Origin: Bdellovibrio sp. ZAP7
GTDB lineage: Bacteria > Bdellovibrionota > UBA1018 > CAIMNF01
Direction: 5' to 3'
Assembly: GCA_945874535.1 (NCBI GenBank)
Contig: CAMCGZ010000002.1
Coordinates: 73,585-137,584, forward strand
Length of the DNA stretch: 64,000 bases
A program made the position numbers and the translations under genes. Under the pieces are notes generated by a model. It searched no databases. It saw only the letters and a list, made by a program, of their open reading frames with translations, and was not told where the DNA came from. Below are positions 27,922 to 40,697 of this stretch, piece by piece (position 1 is the stretch's first letter; each line of letters begins with the position of its first letter).

Positions 27922-30774
27922 GGCTGTGGAAAGCCCCGCCTCGCGGAGCGCCAATCCCGTCTTCGATTGCAGATGGCGGGAGAGAAGTTCAGGCGGCCCC
28001 TCACCGATGAGCAGGCCTCCGGCCTCGCCTCCCTCGGGACCGAGATCGATCACATGGTCCGAATTGGCGATCACATCGAGATGATGCTCGATCAGGATCA
28101 CGCTCTTTCCACGCTCGACCAGATGGTGGAGTACTTCGAGCAAGTGTTGAACGTCATCTTGATGGAGCCCGGTGGTGGGTTCGTCGAGGATGAAAAGATC
28201 CCGAGACGGGCGTCCCCCTTCTTCACACAAGGTCAGAGCGATCTTGAGCCGTTGGGCTTCGCCCCCTGATAGGGTCGGTCCCGGCTGACCGAGTTCGAGG
28301 TAGCCGAGCCCCACATCCTTGAGTGCTTGAAGCTTTTTACGGAGGTCGGGGTATTCGAAGAAGAGTTCATGGGCCTCTTCGATGGTCGTCGCCAGCAGAT
28401 CGGCGACCGAACGCCCTTTGAACTTCACGTCCATCAGGGGCTTGATGAAGCGTTTTCCTCCGCAGTCTTCACAGGGCAGCTTCACTTCGGCCATGAAGTG
28501 CATGTCGATCGCTATCTCGCCTTCACCCTTGCAGGTGGGGCAACGACCTCCGTCGACGTTGAACGAAAAGTGTCCCGGAGTGTAGCCGCGACTGAGCGCG
28601 ATCGATTGGGAAGCGAGGATCTTCCGGATCTCATCCCAGGCCTTCAGGTAGGTGGCCGGATTCGAACGGGAGTTCTTACCGATGGGTTTCTGATCGAGCA
28701 AGATCACATGATCGAGATGCTCCACACCGGTGAGCTGATCGAAGGCTCCGGATCCGGAGAGTGCGGCGTCTTCAGAATCGTCTCCTGCCTCGGAGTCGGC
28801 TCCGGATTCCAGACGTTGGACCAAAGCCGGTGCGAGGGTCTGGTGGATCAGGGTGGTCTTACCGGAACCACTCACGCCAGTGACAACCACGAGTCGCTGA
28901 AGCGGAATGGTCACATCGAGATTTTTAAGATTGTGCTCACGGCAACCGGTGATCCGGAGCTCGGGAACCGGACCGGTACGAAGGGGGTGGCGGCGTACCG
29001 GGCGGGTGCCGCCGGGAGCGAGAAAACGGGCGGTGCGTGCCCGATTCGAGCGTACCACTGTGTCCGGGGTCCCCATGGCCACCAGCTCGCCGCCCTTCCG
29101 CCCGGCTTCTGGGCCGAGTTCGATGATCCAATCCGCATCTTCGAGGATGCGCGTTTCGTGCTCGACCACGACCAGGGTGTTTCCCTGATCCCGGAGCTCA
29201 CGCAAAATTTCGAGGAGTTTCTCGGTATCGACAGGATGGAGCCCGATAGTCGGCTCGTCGAGAACGTACAGAGTTCCGCAAAGTCCGTTTCCAAGGTGGG
29301 TGGCCAGATTGATCCTCTGGAACTCACCTCCGGACAAGGTCCGCGTCAGCCGGTTCAGAGTGAGGTAGGGGACACCGATCCTGCAAAGGAAGCCGAGACG
29401 GCGGATGATCTGCGGGTGCAAATCCTTCATGAGCTCCCGCTCCGCCGGGGAGTATTCGAGGCTCTCGAACCAAACGAGCAGGTCCTTCAAAGAAAGTTTC
29501 AACAAATCGGCCAGGTTTTTTCCACGCACCCGGATATCGAGGGCCTCGGGCTTGAGTCTCGAGCCATGACAGGTGGTGCACTCCACGGGCGTCTGGTACC
29601 TCCTGATGAAAATCCTCACATGGAACTTGTAGCGGTAGTTTTCGAGGTCTTTGAAGAATTCGAGGACGCGTGCCCACACCCATTTCTTTTGATTGGCGGT
29701 CAGTCCCGACCAATTTTGACCGGTCCGGATGCCTTCTTTCTGGCAACGCCTGAGAAACGTTTTGAATTCCGATTCCGAAGAGGGCTTGGCCAGCGGGTCG
29801 ATCGCGCCCTCGTCGAGCGGGAGTCTGGTGTCGGGAACGACTTTTTTCTCGTCGACTTCGAGTGTGAACCCGAAACCGTTGCAATTCTGGCAAGCTCCGA
29901 GCGGGCTATTGAAAGAAAAGAGATTGGGTGAAGGGCGGGTGTACCGGGTGCCGCATTCAAAACACGCGAAACCGGTCTGGTGGACCCGGGCCTCCAGGGT
30001 CTCGAGGTCGATGACGCTCAGTCTTTGAGACCCGAATTTGAGAGCTTGTTCGAAAGAATCCTCGAAGCGGGTTTGAATGTCGGGATCGATCTGGGTTCCG
30101 CTCAGATCGAAGCGGTCCATGAGCAGGTGGATCTCGCCCGCGATCAGAGAATCACGGGAGAGTCCTTCGGGAATCGGATCCTCAAGCAGGTGCCACCTCC
30201 GGGTCCGGGTCCAGAAGACGCGCCTGAATCCCTGTTCGGCCAGAATGGCAAAATAGTTCTCGACGAAACTGCGGGCTTTGTCCTTGCCGTCGGATGAAAG
30301 CTCCAAAGGAGAACAGAGGGCGAATTTTTTGCCCTGGCCCCGCTGCCAAAGAGCCTGGGACAACTGGGTGGGCGTGATGTCGATCACCTTGGCCTGACAG
30401 ACCTTGCAGATCAAAGAACCGGCTTTGGTGAAGAACAGTCTGAGAAAGTCGAGCATCTCGGTCTGAGTGCCCACGGTGCTTCTCGAGTTGAGAACCGTGT
30501 TCCGCTGCTCGAGTGCGATGGCCGGGGGGATGTTCTCGATCGAATCGAGTTCGGGCTTCGGCATCTTCTCGAGGAATTGACGGGTATAGGTCGAGAGACT
30601 CTCGACATACCGTCGCTGGCCTTCGGCATAGAGGGTTTCGAAGGCGAGGGTGGATTTTCCGCTACCGGAGAGTCCCGTGATGACCGTCAGGCGACGTCTC
30701 GGGATTTCGAGGTCGAGGTTCCTTAAATTGTTTTGCTTGACCCCACGCAGGCGGATCGGTGAATCGGATTTCAT
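27886..30774 (-). CDS. uvrA: Excinuclease ABC subunit A
   Basis: 962 aa; two ABC ATPase modules ([20 protein letters not shown]) and zinc-finger CxxC clusters; UvrA-specific N-terminus …[45 protein letters not shown]…. Confidence 0.85.
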   Translation of the reverse strand: MKSDSPIRLRGVKQNNLRNLDLEIPRRRLTVITGLSGSGKSTLAFETLYAEGQRRYVESLSTYTRQFLEKMPKPELDSIENIPPAIALEQRNTVLNSRSTVGTQTEMLDFLRLFFTKAGSLICKVCQAKVIDITPTQLSQALWQRGQGKKFALCSPLELSSDGKDKARSFVENYFAILAEQGFRRVFWTRTRRWHLLEDPIPEGLSRDSLIAGEIHLLMDRFDLSGTQIDPDIQTRFEDSFEQALKFGSQRLSVIDLETLEARVHQTGFACFECGTRYTRPSPNLFSFNSPLGACQNCNGFGFTLEVDEKKVVPDTRLPLDEGAIDPLAKPSSESEFKTFLRRCQKEGIRTGQNWSGLTANQKKWVWARVLEFFKDLENYRYKFHVRIFIRRYQTPVECTTCHGSRLKPEALDIRVRGKNLADLLKLSLKDLLVWFESLEYSPAERELMKDLHPQIIRRLGFLCRIGVPYLTLNRLTRTLSGGEFQRINLATHLGNGLCGTLYVLDEPTIGLHPVDTEKLLEILRELRDQGNTLVVVEHETRILEDADWIIELGPEAGRKGGELVAMGTPDTVVRSNRARTARFLAPGGTRPVRRHPLRTGPVPELRITGCREHNLKNLDVTIPLQRLVVVTGVSGSGKTTLIHQTLAPALVQRLESGADSEAGDDSEDAALSGSGAFDQLTGVEHLDHVILLDQKPIGKNSRSNPATYLKAWDEIRKILASQSIALSRGYTPGHFSFNVDGGRCPTCKGEGEIAIDMHFMAEVKLPCEDCGGKRFIKPLMDVKFKGRSVADLLATTIEEAHELFFEYPDLRKKLQALKDVGLGYLELGQPGPTLSGGEAQRLKIALTLCEEGGRPSRDLFILDEPTTGLHQDDVQHLLEVLHHLVERGKSVILIEHHLDVIANSDHVIDLGPEGGEAGGLLIGEGPPELLSRHLQSKTGLALREAGLSTASSDQPAPIHRQ

Positions 30775-30920
30775 AGGTTTTGGCCAACTGTCTGGAATTT
30801 ATACACCCCCGCGGGGGAAGGGGCCAAGGAATAGAGTTCGGGAACGGTTGATTTGGATTTGGCGCAATGCGGGAGTTGGTACGGACATTGCTTCATGCGT
30901 GCACGGAAGGAAGGGTCACT

Positions 30921-31223
30921 ATGGACTCCTCAAAGAAGAATTGGACTCACTATGCCTGGTTTTTGGGAGGCTTTATTATCGGGCTGACCTTGATCAGTCT
31001 CGGCCATGCCGCCAAGACCAACGGGAAACGCCCCCTTCCGACCGGTCCGTTGAATGAGATCCGGAGCAAAAAGCTCTCGGTGCCGGAGATGGATGCCGAG
31101 TTCGGCCGGTTGAAGGCCCTCGAGTCCCGCTATGCGGAGAGTCCGGCTCAACAGAAGCGGCTCCAAGCTTCGACGGTGCGGACCGCCCGTGGATCGGCCT
31201 TGCCGCTCCGTCGCAGGAATTGA
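30921..31223 (+). CDS. Small membrane protein, hypothetical
   Basis: Start MDSSKKNWTHYAWFLGGFIIGLTLISLG (single TM). Confidence 0.3.
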   Translation: MDSSKKNWTHYAWFLGGFIIGLTLISLGHAAKTNGKRPLPTGPLNEIRSKKLSVPEMDAEFGRLKALESRYAESPAQQKRLQASTVRTARGSALPLRRRN

Positions 31224-32108
31224 TCAGACCGAGTCGCCGTTTTTGAAGAGTTCGGGGTGTTCTGTGAAGCGGCGCATGTCCCGGGCGATCCTTGAGGCGT
31301 GCATGCCGTCGATGTAGCGATGGTCGAAAGCTCCGCACAGGCGCACGAATCGTTCGAGACGGGTCCGGGTCACGGTTCCGGCATCATCGGTCTCATACAC
31401 CGGAGCGCGGTAGATGGCGCCGACTGCGATAATCGATGGAACCCCCGAGGGCGGAAACAAGGCCGGGAGGGCGAAGTCGAGCCCGAGTGATCCTACATTG
31501 GTGATCAGCAAGGACCCGAAGGCGTTTTTTGGAATGCCGAGAAGCGGACTCCAGAGGTTGAGAGTCCGGATGATCCATTGCAGAATGCCCACTGCGGTGG
31601 TTTGGAGCATGCCCGGCACGATCCCGCTCAGTTTTTTGATCCCGGAGAAGGCGGGATCACTCTGTCCCCGGATCTGGCGCGCGGAGGCGTTCAGTTCCCG
31701 TGCGATCTGGATCACCGATTTCAAATGCGCATCCCGCACAATTCCTGAAGACAGGTCATGCCGGTGCTTCAGACCGAAGTCGGCTTCCTCGTCCTCAATC
31801 GCAACCTGGAAAGAAAGGTCCACGGACTTGCGCGGATAGAATTTTCCGAATCGCAATTCGCAGTTCAACTCGGGATGGAGTGCCATGACTTCAGCGAGCA
31901 TTTTCCCGATGAAATGGGTGATGGTGAGTTTCTCTTCTGTCTTGCTCCGGAGCTGATCGAGGTAGGAGAGGGCTTTCTCGACATTGAGTTCCAAAACCCC
32001 GTAAATGGTAGGATTGTCCGGGGTGCTCCAGCTACCGACCGCCAGACGACGGAATTTGGTCGGTTTTTGAGGTGGACCGAAGGGCTTGTTCGTCTGGATG
32101 AGGGCCAT
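31224..32108 (-). CDS. Stand-alone 2-oxoacid dehydrogenase acyltransferase (E2) catalytic-domain protein; no lipoyl or E3-binding domains
   Basis: Catalytic motif …FDHRYIDG… (DHRxxDG) near the C-terminus; 294 aa. Confidence 0.6.
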   Translation of the reverse strand: MALIQTNKPFGPPQKPTKFRRLAVGSWSTPDNPTIYGVLELNVEKALSYLDQLRSKTEEKLTITHFIGKMLAEVMALHPELNCELRFGKFYPRKSVDLSFQVAIEDEEADFGLKHRHDLSSGIVRDAHLKSVIQIARELNASARQIRGQSDPAFSGIKKLSGIVPGMLQTTAVGILQWIIRTLNLWSPLLGIPKNAFGSLLITNVGSLGLDFALPALFPPSGVPSIIAVGAIYRAPVYETDDAGTVTRTRLERFVRLCGAFDHRYIDGMHASRIARDMRRFTEHPELFKNGDSV

Positions 32109-32170
32109 ATGGCAAGATTCTGCACGAAAGCGGACTCTCCGGCGAGGGGTTTTTGTGTTAGGGTCGGCCC

Positions 32171-32767
32171 ATGGCTCTTGAATATTCGACTGCTTCGGTA
32201 CCGGGTTCGGAGGCGCCTCCCTTTTCCTTGCGGGGTGTCGACGGTAAGACTTACAGTACGGATTCCTTTCTCGGACAGAAGGGTCTCCTGGTGGTGTTCA
32301 TGTGCAATCACTGTCCGTATGTGATTGCGATTCACGAAAGACTCTCGATACTGGCGCGGGATTATGCCGCCCGTGGAATCGCCGTGATCGGGATCAATTC
32401 GAACGATCCGCTCTACAAAGACGCCGACAGTTTCGAAAACATGGTGGTCACGGCAAAAGAGTGGAATCTCCCGTTTCCCTATGTTTTTGACGAGACTCAG
32501 GCGGTTGCCAAAGCTTACGATGCGGTTTGCACTCCGGATCCATACCTTTACGAAAACGTGAACGGGAAGTTCCTGCTCCGCTACCGCGGAAGGATCGACG
32601 ATTCCTGGCAGGACGAATCGAAGGTGAAGCGCCAGGAGTTGCGTGAAGCGATGGAGACCCTGGCTTCGGGCCGGAGCGACTTCGATGAGAAGGCGATTCC
32701 GTCCATGGGCTGCAGTATCAAATGGAAAGAACTCACGGCTGCCGCGCTCGAGAGGAAAAAGAAATGA
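32171..32767 (+). CDS. Thioredoxin-fold redoxin (AhpC/TSA-like) protein
   Basis: …GLLVVFMCNHCPYV… CxxC in a thioredoxin-like context. Confidence 0.6.
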   Translation: MALEYSTASVPGSEAPPFSLRGVDGKTYSTDSFLGQKGLLVVFMCNHCPYVIAIHERLSILARDYAARGIAVIGINSNDPLYKDADSFENMVVTAKEWNLPFPYVFDETQAVAKAYDAVCTPDPYLYENVNGKFLLRYRGRIDDSWQDESKVKRQELREAMETLASGRSDFDEKAIPSMGCSIKWKELTAAALERKKK

Positions 32768-33690
32768 CCGGAGCCGCGGTCTCGAGGAAAGCGTTCTTCC
32801 GGTTCCAGATCTTCAGTCTGGTGTATTGCCTGGCGGTGATTGTTTGGGGCGCGTATGTCCGGGCGACCGGGTCCGGCGCAGGGTGCGGCGATCATTGGCC
32901 GCTTTGCAACGGGCAGGTGATTCCGACCGCTCCGAGGATCCAGACCGTGATCGAATTCGCCCATCGGCTTTCGAGCGGACTCTCGCTCGTCTGGGTGGTG
33001 ATTTCATTTTTCTGGGCGAGAAAGATTGCCGACCGGCACTCGCTGGTCAGAACGGCTGCGAGGTGGTCTTTGATCGCCATCATCCTCGAGGCCTTGCTGG
33101 GTGCGGGTCTGGTACTGTTGAAGCTGGTTGAGTTCGATCAATCGGTGGCGCGTGCGGTTTCCATCTCCCTCCATCTGGTAAACACGATGTTTCTTCTGGC
33201 CTGTCTCACTTCGACCCTCTGGCTCGCGCGGGACGAGGGTGATTTTGAATCACCCCCCCGACGTTTTTTGCCTCGGGATCCGTCGTTTTGGTTCAGTGCC
33301 GGGTTGTTTCTTTTACTCGGGATGAGCGGAGCTGTGACCGCTCTCGGCGATACCTTGTTCCCGTCGAAGAGCCTTGCTGACGGTCTAGCGGCGGATTTCG
33401 ACCGGAGTTCGCATTTCACCGTGCGACTGCGATTCCTTCATCCCATTCTGGCGACTCTGTGGATCGGTTCGGTATTTTACTGGAGCCGTAAGCTCGAGGC
33501 CCTGGAGTTCAGCCGGGTCAGGAATTTCCTCCTGGGCGGTGTGGTCCTCCAGTTTTTGCTCGGAATTTTGAATTGGATCCTGATGGCACCGAACTGGATG
33601 CAGCTCGTGCATCTGCTCTGCGCCGACTTGGTCTTCATCGCGCTTTGGACTTCCGGGGTGACCCATGAAACTCGAAAAAGTCGTTTCTAG
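32764..33690 (+). CDS. ctaA: Heme A synthase (CtaA/COX15 family)
   Basis: Start at MTGAAVSRKAFFRF…; polytopic membrane protein with CGDHWPLCNG motif and conserved His in TM helices. Confidence 0.7.
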   Translation: MTGAAVSRKAFFRFQIFSLVYCLAVIVWGAYVRATGSGAGCGDHWPLCNGQVIPTAPRIQTVIEFAHRLSSGLSLVWVVISFFWARKIADRHSLVRTAARWSLIAIILEALLGAGLVLLKLVEFDQSVARAVSISLHLVNTMFLLACLTSTLWLARDEGDFESPPRRFLPRDPSFWFSAGLFLLLGMSGAVTALGDTLFPSKSLADGLAADFDRSSHFTVRLRFLHPILATLWIGSVFYWSRKLEALEFSRVRNFLLGGVVLQFLLGILNWILMAPNWMQLVHLLCADLVFIALWTSGVTHETRKSRF

Positions 33691-34618
33691 ACCCAGGGTC
33701 GGTCTTTGGGTCTTCATTCTGGTTCTCGGGCTGATTTTCGCCGGATACATGGCGACCATTTATAACGTGGAGTTGGTCCAGAACATCTCGTGGGAAGAGA
33801 CGCCCTGGGGAAAGATCATCGTCGGTGCCATCGGGTTCATCGGGATCATCGGATCGCTGATCCTGTTTTTCGCCCGCTTGCTCCGGGAGATGAGAGTCAG
33901 CCAGGTCCAGGCCGATTTCTTGGACCGGATCTCGCATGAGCTCAGGACTCCGCTCGCCTCGCTGACGCTGGTCTCTGATTTGCTGAAGCATCCGGACCAT
34001 CCTCTCAGTGAAGACGAACGTTCCCGGCTCTGGTCATCGCACGGTGCGGAGCTTGAACGCCTCCGGTCCGATGTCGAATTGTTGCTTCAGGCGGCCCGTC
34101 TCCGGGAGTCGCGCCTGAAGGTGAATCTCGTGCGGGTCGATTTGAATGACTGGATGAAGGGGCGCTGGAAGAGTTTCGAAGAGCTGCTCGGCCCGGAGGC
34201 CGAGATCCGTCTCACGGGAGATGCCTTTCCCCGATCTGTTCTGATCGATCCGGTGTTGTTCGAACTCATTTTCCGCAATTTACTCGACAATGCCCGGAAG
34301 TTCGCACTCGGCAAGCCCCGGGTCGAGGTCCGGTGCAGGACCGTGCATTCGCAATTTTTTTTCTGGAAAACCCGCTGGCAGATCTCCGTCGAGGATCAGG
34401 GGCTCGGCTTTGCACCCGGTCGTGAAAAAGCTCTTTTCAGAAGGTTTTCCAGGCTCGAAGGAGATTCAGGAGGACAGAAGACCCACTCCATTCCGGGCAC
34501 CGGGCTTGGTCTTTATCTTTCTGCGAGCGCATCGAAAGCGATGGGGATCGCTTTGAGCGGTCGGAGCCTCGGTGAGGGCCGTGGCGCGCAGTTTGTGATC
34601 GAAGGGTATTTCGCATGA
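33665..34618 (+). CDS. Sensor histidine kinase (2 TM, HisKA + HATPase_c)
   Basis: H-box …ISHELRTPLASL…; G-boxes …GTGLGLYL…. Confidence 0.75.
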   Translation: MKLEKVVSRPRVGLWVFILVLGLIFAGYMATIYNVELVQNISWEETPWGKIIVGAIGFIGIIGSLILFFARLLREMRVSQVQADFLDRISHELRTPLASLTLVSDLLKHPDHPLSEDERSRLWSSHGAELERLRSDVELLLQAARLRESRLKVNLVRVDLNDWMKGRWKSFEELLGPEAEIRLTGDAFPRSVLIDPVLFELIFRNLLDNARKFALGKPRVEVRCRTVHSQFFFWKTRWQISVEDQGLGFAPGREKALFRRFSRLEGDSGGQKTHSIPGTGLGLYLSASASKAMGIALSGRSLGEGRGAQFVIEGYFA

Positions 34619-35280
34619 TGCGGGTCCTGCTGGTTGAGGATGAGCTGGTTCTCGGGGACACCATCGTTCTTTCGCTCAAAAAAATGGGCCTCGAATGCGA
34701 TTGGGCCAAAACCTTGAGAGAGGCGGGGCGCTTCCTAGCCTCGGGGACTTACGGGATCTGGATTCTGGATCGGAATCTTCCGGACGGTGAAGGGACGGTG
34801 TTGCTCTCGCATCCCCGGCGTTCGAATTCTCTGGTGCTGATTCTGAGTTCCAAGTCCGGAGTGGACGAGCGGATCCAGGGGCTCCGCCTCGGGGCGGACG
34901 ATTACCTCCCGAAACCGTTTTCTTTCCGGGAACTCGAGGCCCGGGTTGAGGCGCTCGGGAGAAGGGTCCCGGCACCCGGGAATGAAGAGAAACGGAGCGG
35001 TTGGTGGCTCGATCCCGGAACTCTGACCTTGCATACCGACCGGAATCCGGTGCAATTGACCCCTCTGGAGTTCAAATTTGTCTCGTACCTCCTGGAACGC
35101 GAGGGTGACATTGTCAGCAAGGACCGTTTGCTGAAGGATGTCTGGGGTTTCACCTTTCTTCCGAAGACCCGTACGGTCGATTATCTGATGACCCAGCTCA
35201 GAAAAAGGATCGAGCCCGATCCCGAGCATCCGAAACACTTGCTCACCGTGCGGGGGGCAGGGGTGAAGCTCCTCACCTGA
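34615..35280 (+). CDS. Response regulator, OmpR/PhoB family
   Basis: Receiver domain (…ILDRNLPDG…) + winged helix (…LTPLEFKFVSYLLEREGDIVSKDRLLKDVWG…). Confidence 0.85.
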   Translation: MMRVLLVEDELVLGDTIVLSLKKMGLECDWAKTLREAGRFLASGTYGIWILDRNLPDGEGTVLLSHPRRSNSLVLILSSKSGVDERIQGLRLGADDYLPKPFSFRELEARVEALGRRVPAPGNEEKRSGWWLDPGTLTLHTDRNPVQLTPLEFKFVSYLLEREGDIVSKDRLLKDVWGFTFLPKTRTVDYLMTQLRKRIEPDPEHPKHLLTVRGAGVKLLT

Positions 35281-35335
35281 AGGCTTTACTTTTGCCTGTT
35301 TCCGGAGTAAAATCCGCTCCGCATGGGGGGCGGGC

Positions 35336-36010
35336 ATGATGCGTCATAAATGTTCATGGGTTTTTCTCCTGCTCGGTTTGGGAGCGTGTGGTCCCCAGAG
35401 GGCTCCGACACGGTTACTCCAGGCCAACGGGTACGCCGCCTCTTCTCTCAATCAATTGAAGCCTCCGGTTCCTCATGGAGTGCCGGTAGATGCGACCACG
35501 ACCTTTGCCATGCAGGAGTGGGAGGGCGGGGCGCTTCGGCTGGAATTGCAGGGTGCCGATGCCGATCTGGTTTACCGCAGTCTCGGACTCGCCGAAGAGC
35601 AGGCTCAAGGCCGGACTGGAATGGCCTCAAAAACCGGAGTCCACCTGCAGTGTCTCAAGCGGACACGGGGCACACGCTGCATTTTGGCATTGAACCTTCC
35701 TGAGGGGGCTCCGGTACCGATCCGGGCTCCGGGAGATTTGATTCCGGCGAATCCCGATCCACGAAAGCCCGACGAAAATGGCGAACTGATCGAGGTGCAT
35801 CCCGAGGCCGCGGGGGGGCATCTGACCCTGAGAATCCCGCTGCTCTATTCGGCCGTTCTTTATACGAAGCTGCCCGAAAGTGGAGTGAGCACGCGGATGG
35901 GGAGCCACCTGACCTGCACCCGGGATCAAACCCGGGATGAGCAGTTTTCCTGTTGGTTGGATATCGATCCGAATCGGGCCGCCTTGTTCCCCATGAAGGG
36001 CAGGAACTGA
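35336..36010 (+). CDS. Hypothetical lipoprotein
   Basis: Signal + lipobox LLLGLGACG. No family. Confidence 0.4.
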   Translation: MMRHKCSWVFLLLGLGACGPQRAPTRLLQANGYAASSLNQLKPPVPHGVPVDATTTFAMQEWEGGALRLELQGADADLVYRSLGLAEEQAQGRTGMASKTGVHLQCLKRTRGTRCILALNLPEGAPVPIRAPGDLIPANPDPRKPDENGELIEVHPEAAGGHLTLRIPLLYSAVLYTKLPESGVSTRMGSHLTCTRDQTRDEQFSCWLDIDPNRAALFPMKGRN

Positions 36011-36964
36011 GTGCCTTCCCCTTCCAACACGATTTATCCCTCACCCGGTCGGGTAGGGGGTGCCCTGATCCGTCAGGTGATCCGGACTTTCAAAGAGGAG
36101 CAAGTGAGCCTGCCTCTCGAGGGTCGCGTTCTGATCGCGGTTTCGGGAGGAGTGGATTCGATGGTCCTGGCGCACCTGTTGGGGCGATACGGCCGGAAGG
36201 TCGTCGCATCCGGGCAGATCACCCTACTGCATCTCGATCACGGCTGGAGACCGGAGTCGGCCCGAGAAGAGCCTGATTCGGTGCGGCATCTGGCGGAGGC
36301 GCTGGGCCTTCAGTTTATGAGCCAGCGATTGCCGGCACCTCGGGGGCGGCAACTCGAGAGCCGGAACCTCGAGGAGGATGCCCGGTTGAAGCGCCAGAAG
36401 ATTTTCCGGACCCTGACCGGCAGTGGCAAGGCCTATTCAACGGTTTTGACCGCACACCATCTGGATGATCAGGCCGAGACGGTGCTCTTCCGTTTTTTGC
36501 GCGGAGAGTTGCTCGAGCTCGGGGGCGGAATTTTGTTCCGTGATGACCAAACCTTGAGACCCTTCCTTCAAGTGAGCAAAGCGCAGATCCGCGCTTACGC
36601 CGCAGAGGAAGGTCTTGAGTTCCACGAAGATCCGACCAACTCCGACCCCAAACGTTTCCGGGCCTGGGCCAGAGGACGGGTCTTTCCGCTGTTGGAAGAG
36701 CACTTCCCGGCAGTGCGGGATGTGCTGGCGGCTTACCCCGGGCGCCTGAACCAGCCTTCTTCAGGCAAGCTGCTGCATGGCGTGAAGGCGGCAATCGAGT
36801 TGGCGATCGGTCGGCCGCTCGGAAGAGCCCAAGTGGAAGAGCTTCGAAACCAACTGTCTGCAGGCGGACGACGCCGTGCGCTCAGTCTACCCGGAGGGGT
36901 CCGTCTCCGACCCGTGAAACAGGGCTTCCTCATCGAGAATCTCGATCTGCCTGATCAAGGCTAA
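36011..36964 (+). CDS. tilS: tRNA(Ile)-lysidine synthetase
   Basis: PP-loop …LIAVSGGVDSMVL… and TilS-like body; GTG start. Confidence 0.75.
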   Translation: MPSPSNTIYPSPGRVGGALIRQVIRTFKEEQVSLPLEGRVLIAVSGGVDSMVLAHLLGRYGRKVVASGQITLLHLDHGWRPESAREEPDSVRHLAEALGLQFMSQRLPAPRGRQLESRNLEEDARLKRQKIFRTLTGSGKAYSTVLTAHHLDDQAETVLFRFLRGELLELGGGILFRDDQTLRPFLQVSKAQIRAYAAEEGLEFHEDPTNSDPKRFRAWARGRVFPLLEEHFPAVRDVLAAYPGRLNQPSSGKLLHGVKAAIELAIGRPLGRAQVEELRNQLSAGGRRRALSLPGGVRLRPVKQGFLIENLDLPDQG

Positions 36965-37033
36965 AGATTTGTTTTTTCAAGGGCTCTGTGGTGAAATCTC
37001 CATTGGACTCGGTTCAATGAGAAAGGACCCCTT

Positions 37034-38919
<1,886 letters not shown>

Positions 38920-38920
<1 letters not shown>

Positions 38921-39762
38921 TGCGGGAATTGCTCGCGAACCTGCATTCGAGTTTCAGACAGGAGGACTTGCTCGATATCGCCATTGTGGCGTTTATCGTG
39001 TACCGGCTGCTGAACTTGATCCGGGGAACGCGGGCGGTCCAGATGCTGATCGGTCTCGGGGTCCTGACTGCGGGCTTTGTCCTTTCGAGTCAGTTCGAGT
39101 TCTACGCGACCCATTGGTTGCTCAGCAATTTCTTCGACTATTTCGTCTTCATCATCATCGTCCTGTTTCAAGATGATTTGCGGCGCGCGCTCACCCGGAT
39201 GGGCAGGAATCCCTTCCTGTATTCGGCCGAGAGCGAGAGTCAGCTCGAGATGGTGGATGAGATCGCACGTTCGGCCACCCAATTGGCCCGCGATCATATC
39301 GGAGCTCTGATTGTGATAGAGCGCGAAAACGGCCTCAAGAACTTCATGGATACCGGTTCCAAGGTCGATGCCAGAGTCCGTGCCGAATTGTTGTATTCGG
39401 TTTTCCTACCGGAGTCTCCGATTCATGACGGTGCCGTGATCATCACCGGAGACCGGCTTGCAGCCGCCGGATGTTTCCTTCCGCTCTCCAAAAACACCGA
39501 GATCGACCGCGGTCTCGGGACCCGCCACCGTGCGGCCTTCGGTCTGACGGAAGAAACCGACGCCATCGTGGTGTTGGTGAGCGAGGAAGCCGGTCAAGCC
39601 CATCTGGTCCAGAGCGGTGAAATGATCCGTAACCTGACCGAGGGTCAGATTCGCGACACTCTCGCCCAGTTGTTGAATTTGAATTCTCCCGAACAGCCGC
39701 TTCCGAACCGGATCCGGAGCTTTATCCAGACGGTACGAGGGAAAGGGGATGGAGAGCGATGA
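38920..39762 (+). CDS. cdaA: Diadenylate cyclase CdaA (c-di-AMP synthase)
   Basis: 3 N-terminal TM segments + DAC domain motifs …HDGAVII…, …TRHRAA…; followed by cdaR and glmM. Confidence 0.85.
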
Positions 39763-40697
39763 AACGTTGGGTGCTCGGTCCTTTCCACTTAATTTGGAGC
39801 ATGATCCGCTACCAGTGGCTCATGAAACTCGCGTCCATCATGATCGCACTCACCGTGTGGGTCTTGGTGTTCGGATCCCAGACCATCGAAATCACCAAAG
39901 AGATTCCCTTCGAGGCCATCATGCCGGAAGACCAGATTCTCGTCGATCCGGTTCCCGAAAAGATCACTTTCAAACTCTCCGGACCGAAAGCTTTTTTGCG
40001 ATCCATCCAGAACCGGATGGAAGAACCGATCCGGGCGGTGGTCAAAGGCGCCAAGGCAGGGGTGCAGACTCATCGGATATTCAGTGATGCGATCAAGCTC
40101 CCGCTCGGTGTGAAGGTGTTGACCATCACCCCCAACGCAGTCCAGTTGCGTTATGAGGAGCTGAGGCGGAAGCAAATCCCCGTGCGTGTGACATTCACAG
40201 GTGAGTTGCCCGAGGGTTTGAAATCGAGCCGCACCGAAGTCAGTCCTTCTGTGGTCAAAGTGAAGGGACCGAAGAGTCGCATGGGCGATCTGGAAGAGGT
40301 TTTGACTGTCCCGGTGGATCTCTCCGCGCTTCATGAGACTTCCGTGATTCCGCTCGCCTTCGACTTCAAGTCCCTCGGCGTGGATGTGGACGGGATCCTG
40401 CCGGAGTTGTACGTGGAAGTTCAAGGACGGGGACAGGCCTTCCGAGTGAGGCATGTTCCGGTCAAAGTAAAGCCTTCCGGAAAAGCGAAGGTCACGGATG
40501 AGGAAGTCACGGTGATCATCCGCACCGAGCCGGGTGACAACATCAAGATCGAGGGAGATCAGATTTCAGCCCTGGTGGATGTGCGGGATGTGCCCGAGGG
40601 GGATTATCTGAAATGGATCCGTGTTCAACTTCCTGAAAAAGTGCATCTGGTCCGGGTGATCCCACCCCTGACTCGTGTGGTGGTGAAGAAGCCATGA
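39759..40697 (+). CDS. cdaR: CdaA regulatory protein CdaR (YbbR-like repeats)
   Basis: N-terminal TM + repeated YbbR-like beta domains; conserved cdaA-cdaR-glmM order. Confidence 0.7.
   Translation: MKRWVLGPFHLIWSMIRYQWLMKLASIMIALTVWVLVFGSQTIEITKEIPFEAIMPEDQILVDPVPEKITFKLSGPKAFLRSIQNRMEEPIRAVVKGAKAGVQTHRIFSDAIKLPLGVKVLTITPNAVQLRYEELRRKQIPVRVTFTGELPEGLKSSRTEVSPSVVKVKGPKSRMGDLEEVLTVPVDLSALHETSVIPLAFDFKSLGVDVDGILPELYVEVQGRGQAFRVRHVPVKVKPSGKAKVTDEEVTVIIRTEPGDNIKIEGDQISALVDVRDVPEGDYLKWIRVQLPEKVHLVRVIPPLTRVVVKKP

Noticed and set aside
30775-30866. Palindrome CCCCCGCGGGGG upstream of uvrA as a possible LexA/SOS box
   Set aside because: Does not resemble known LexA-box consensus types that I can recall for Proteobacteria; likely a chance GC palindrome.
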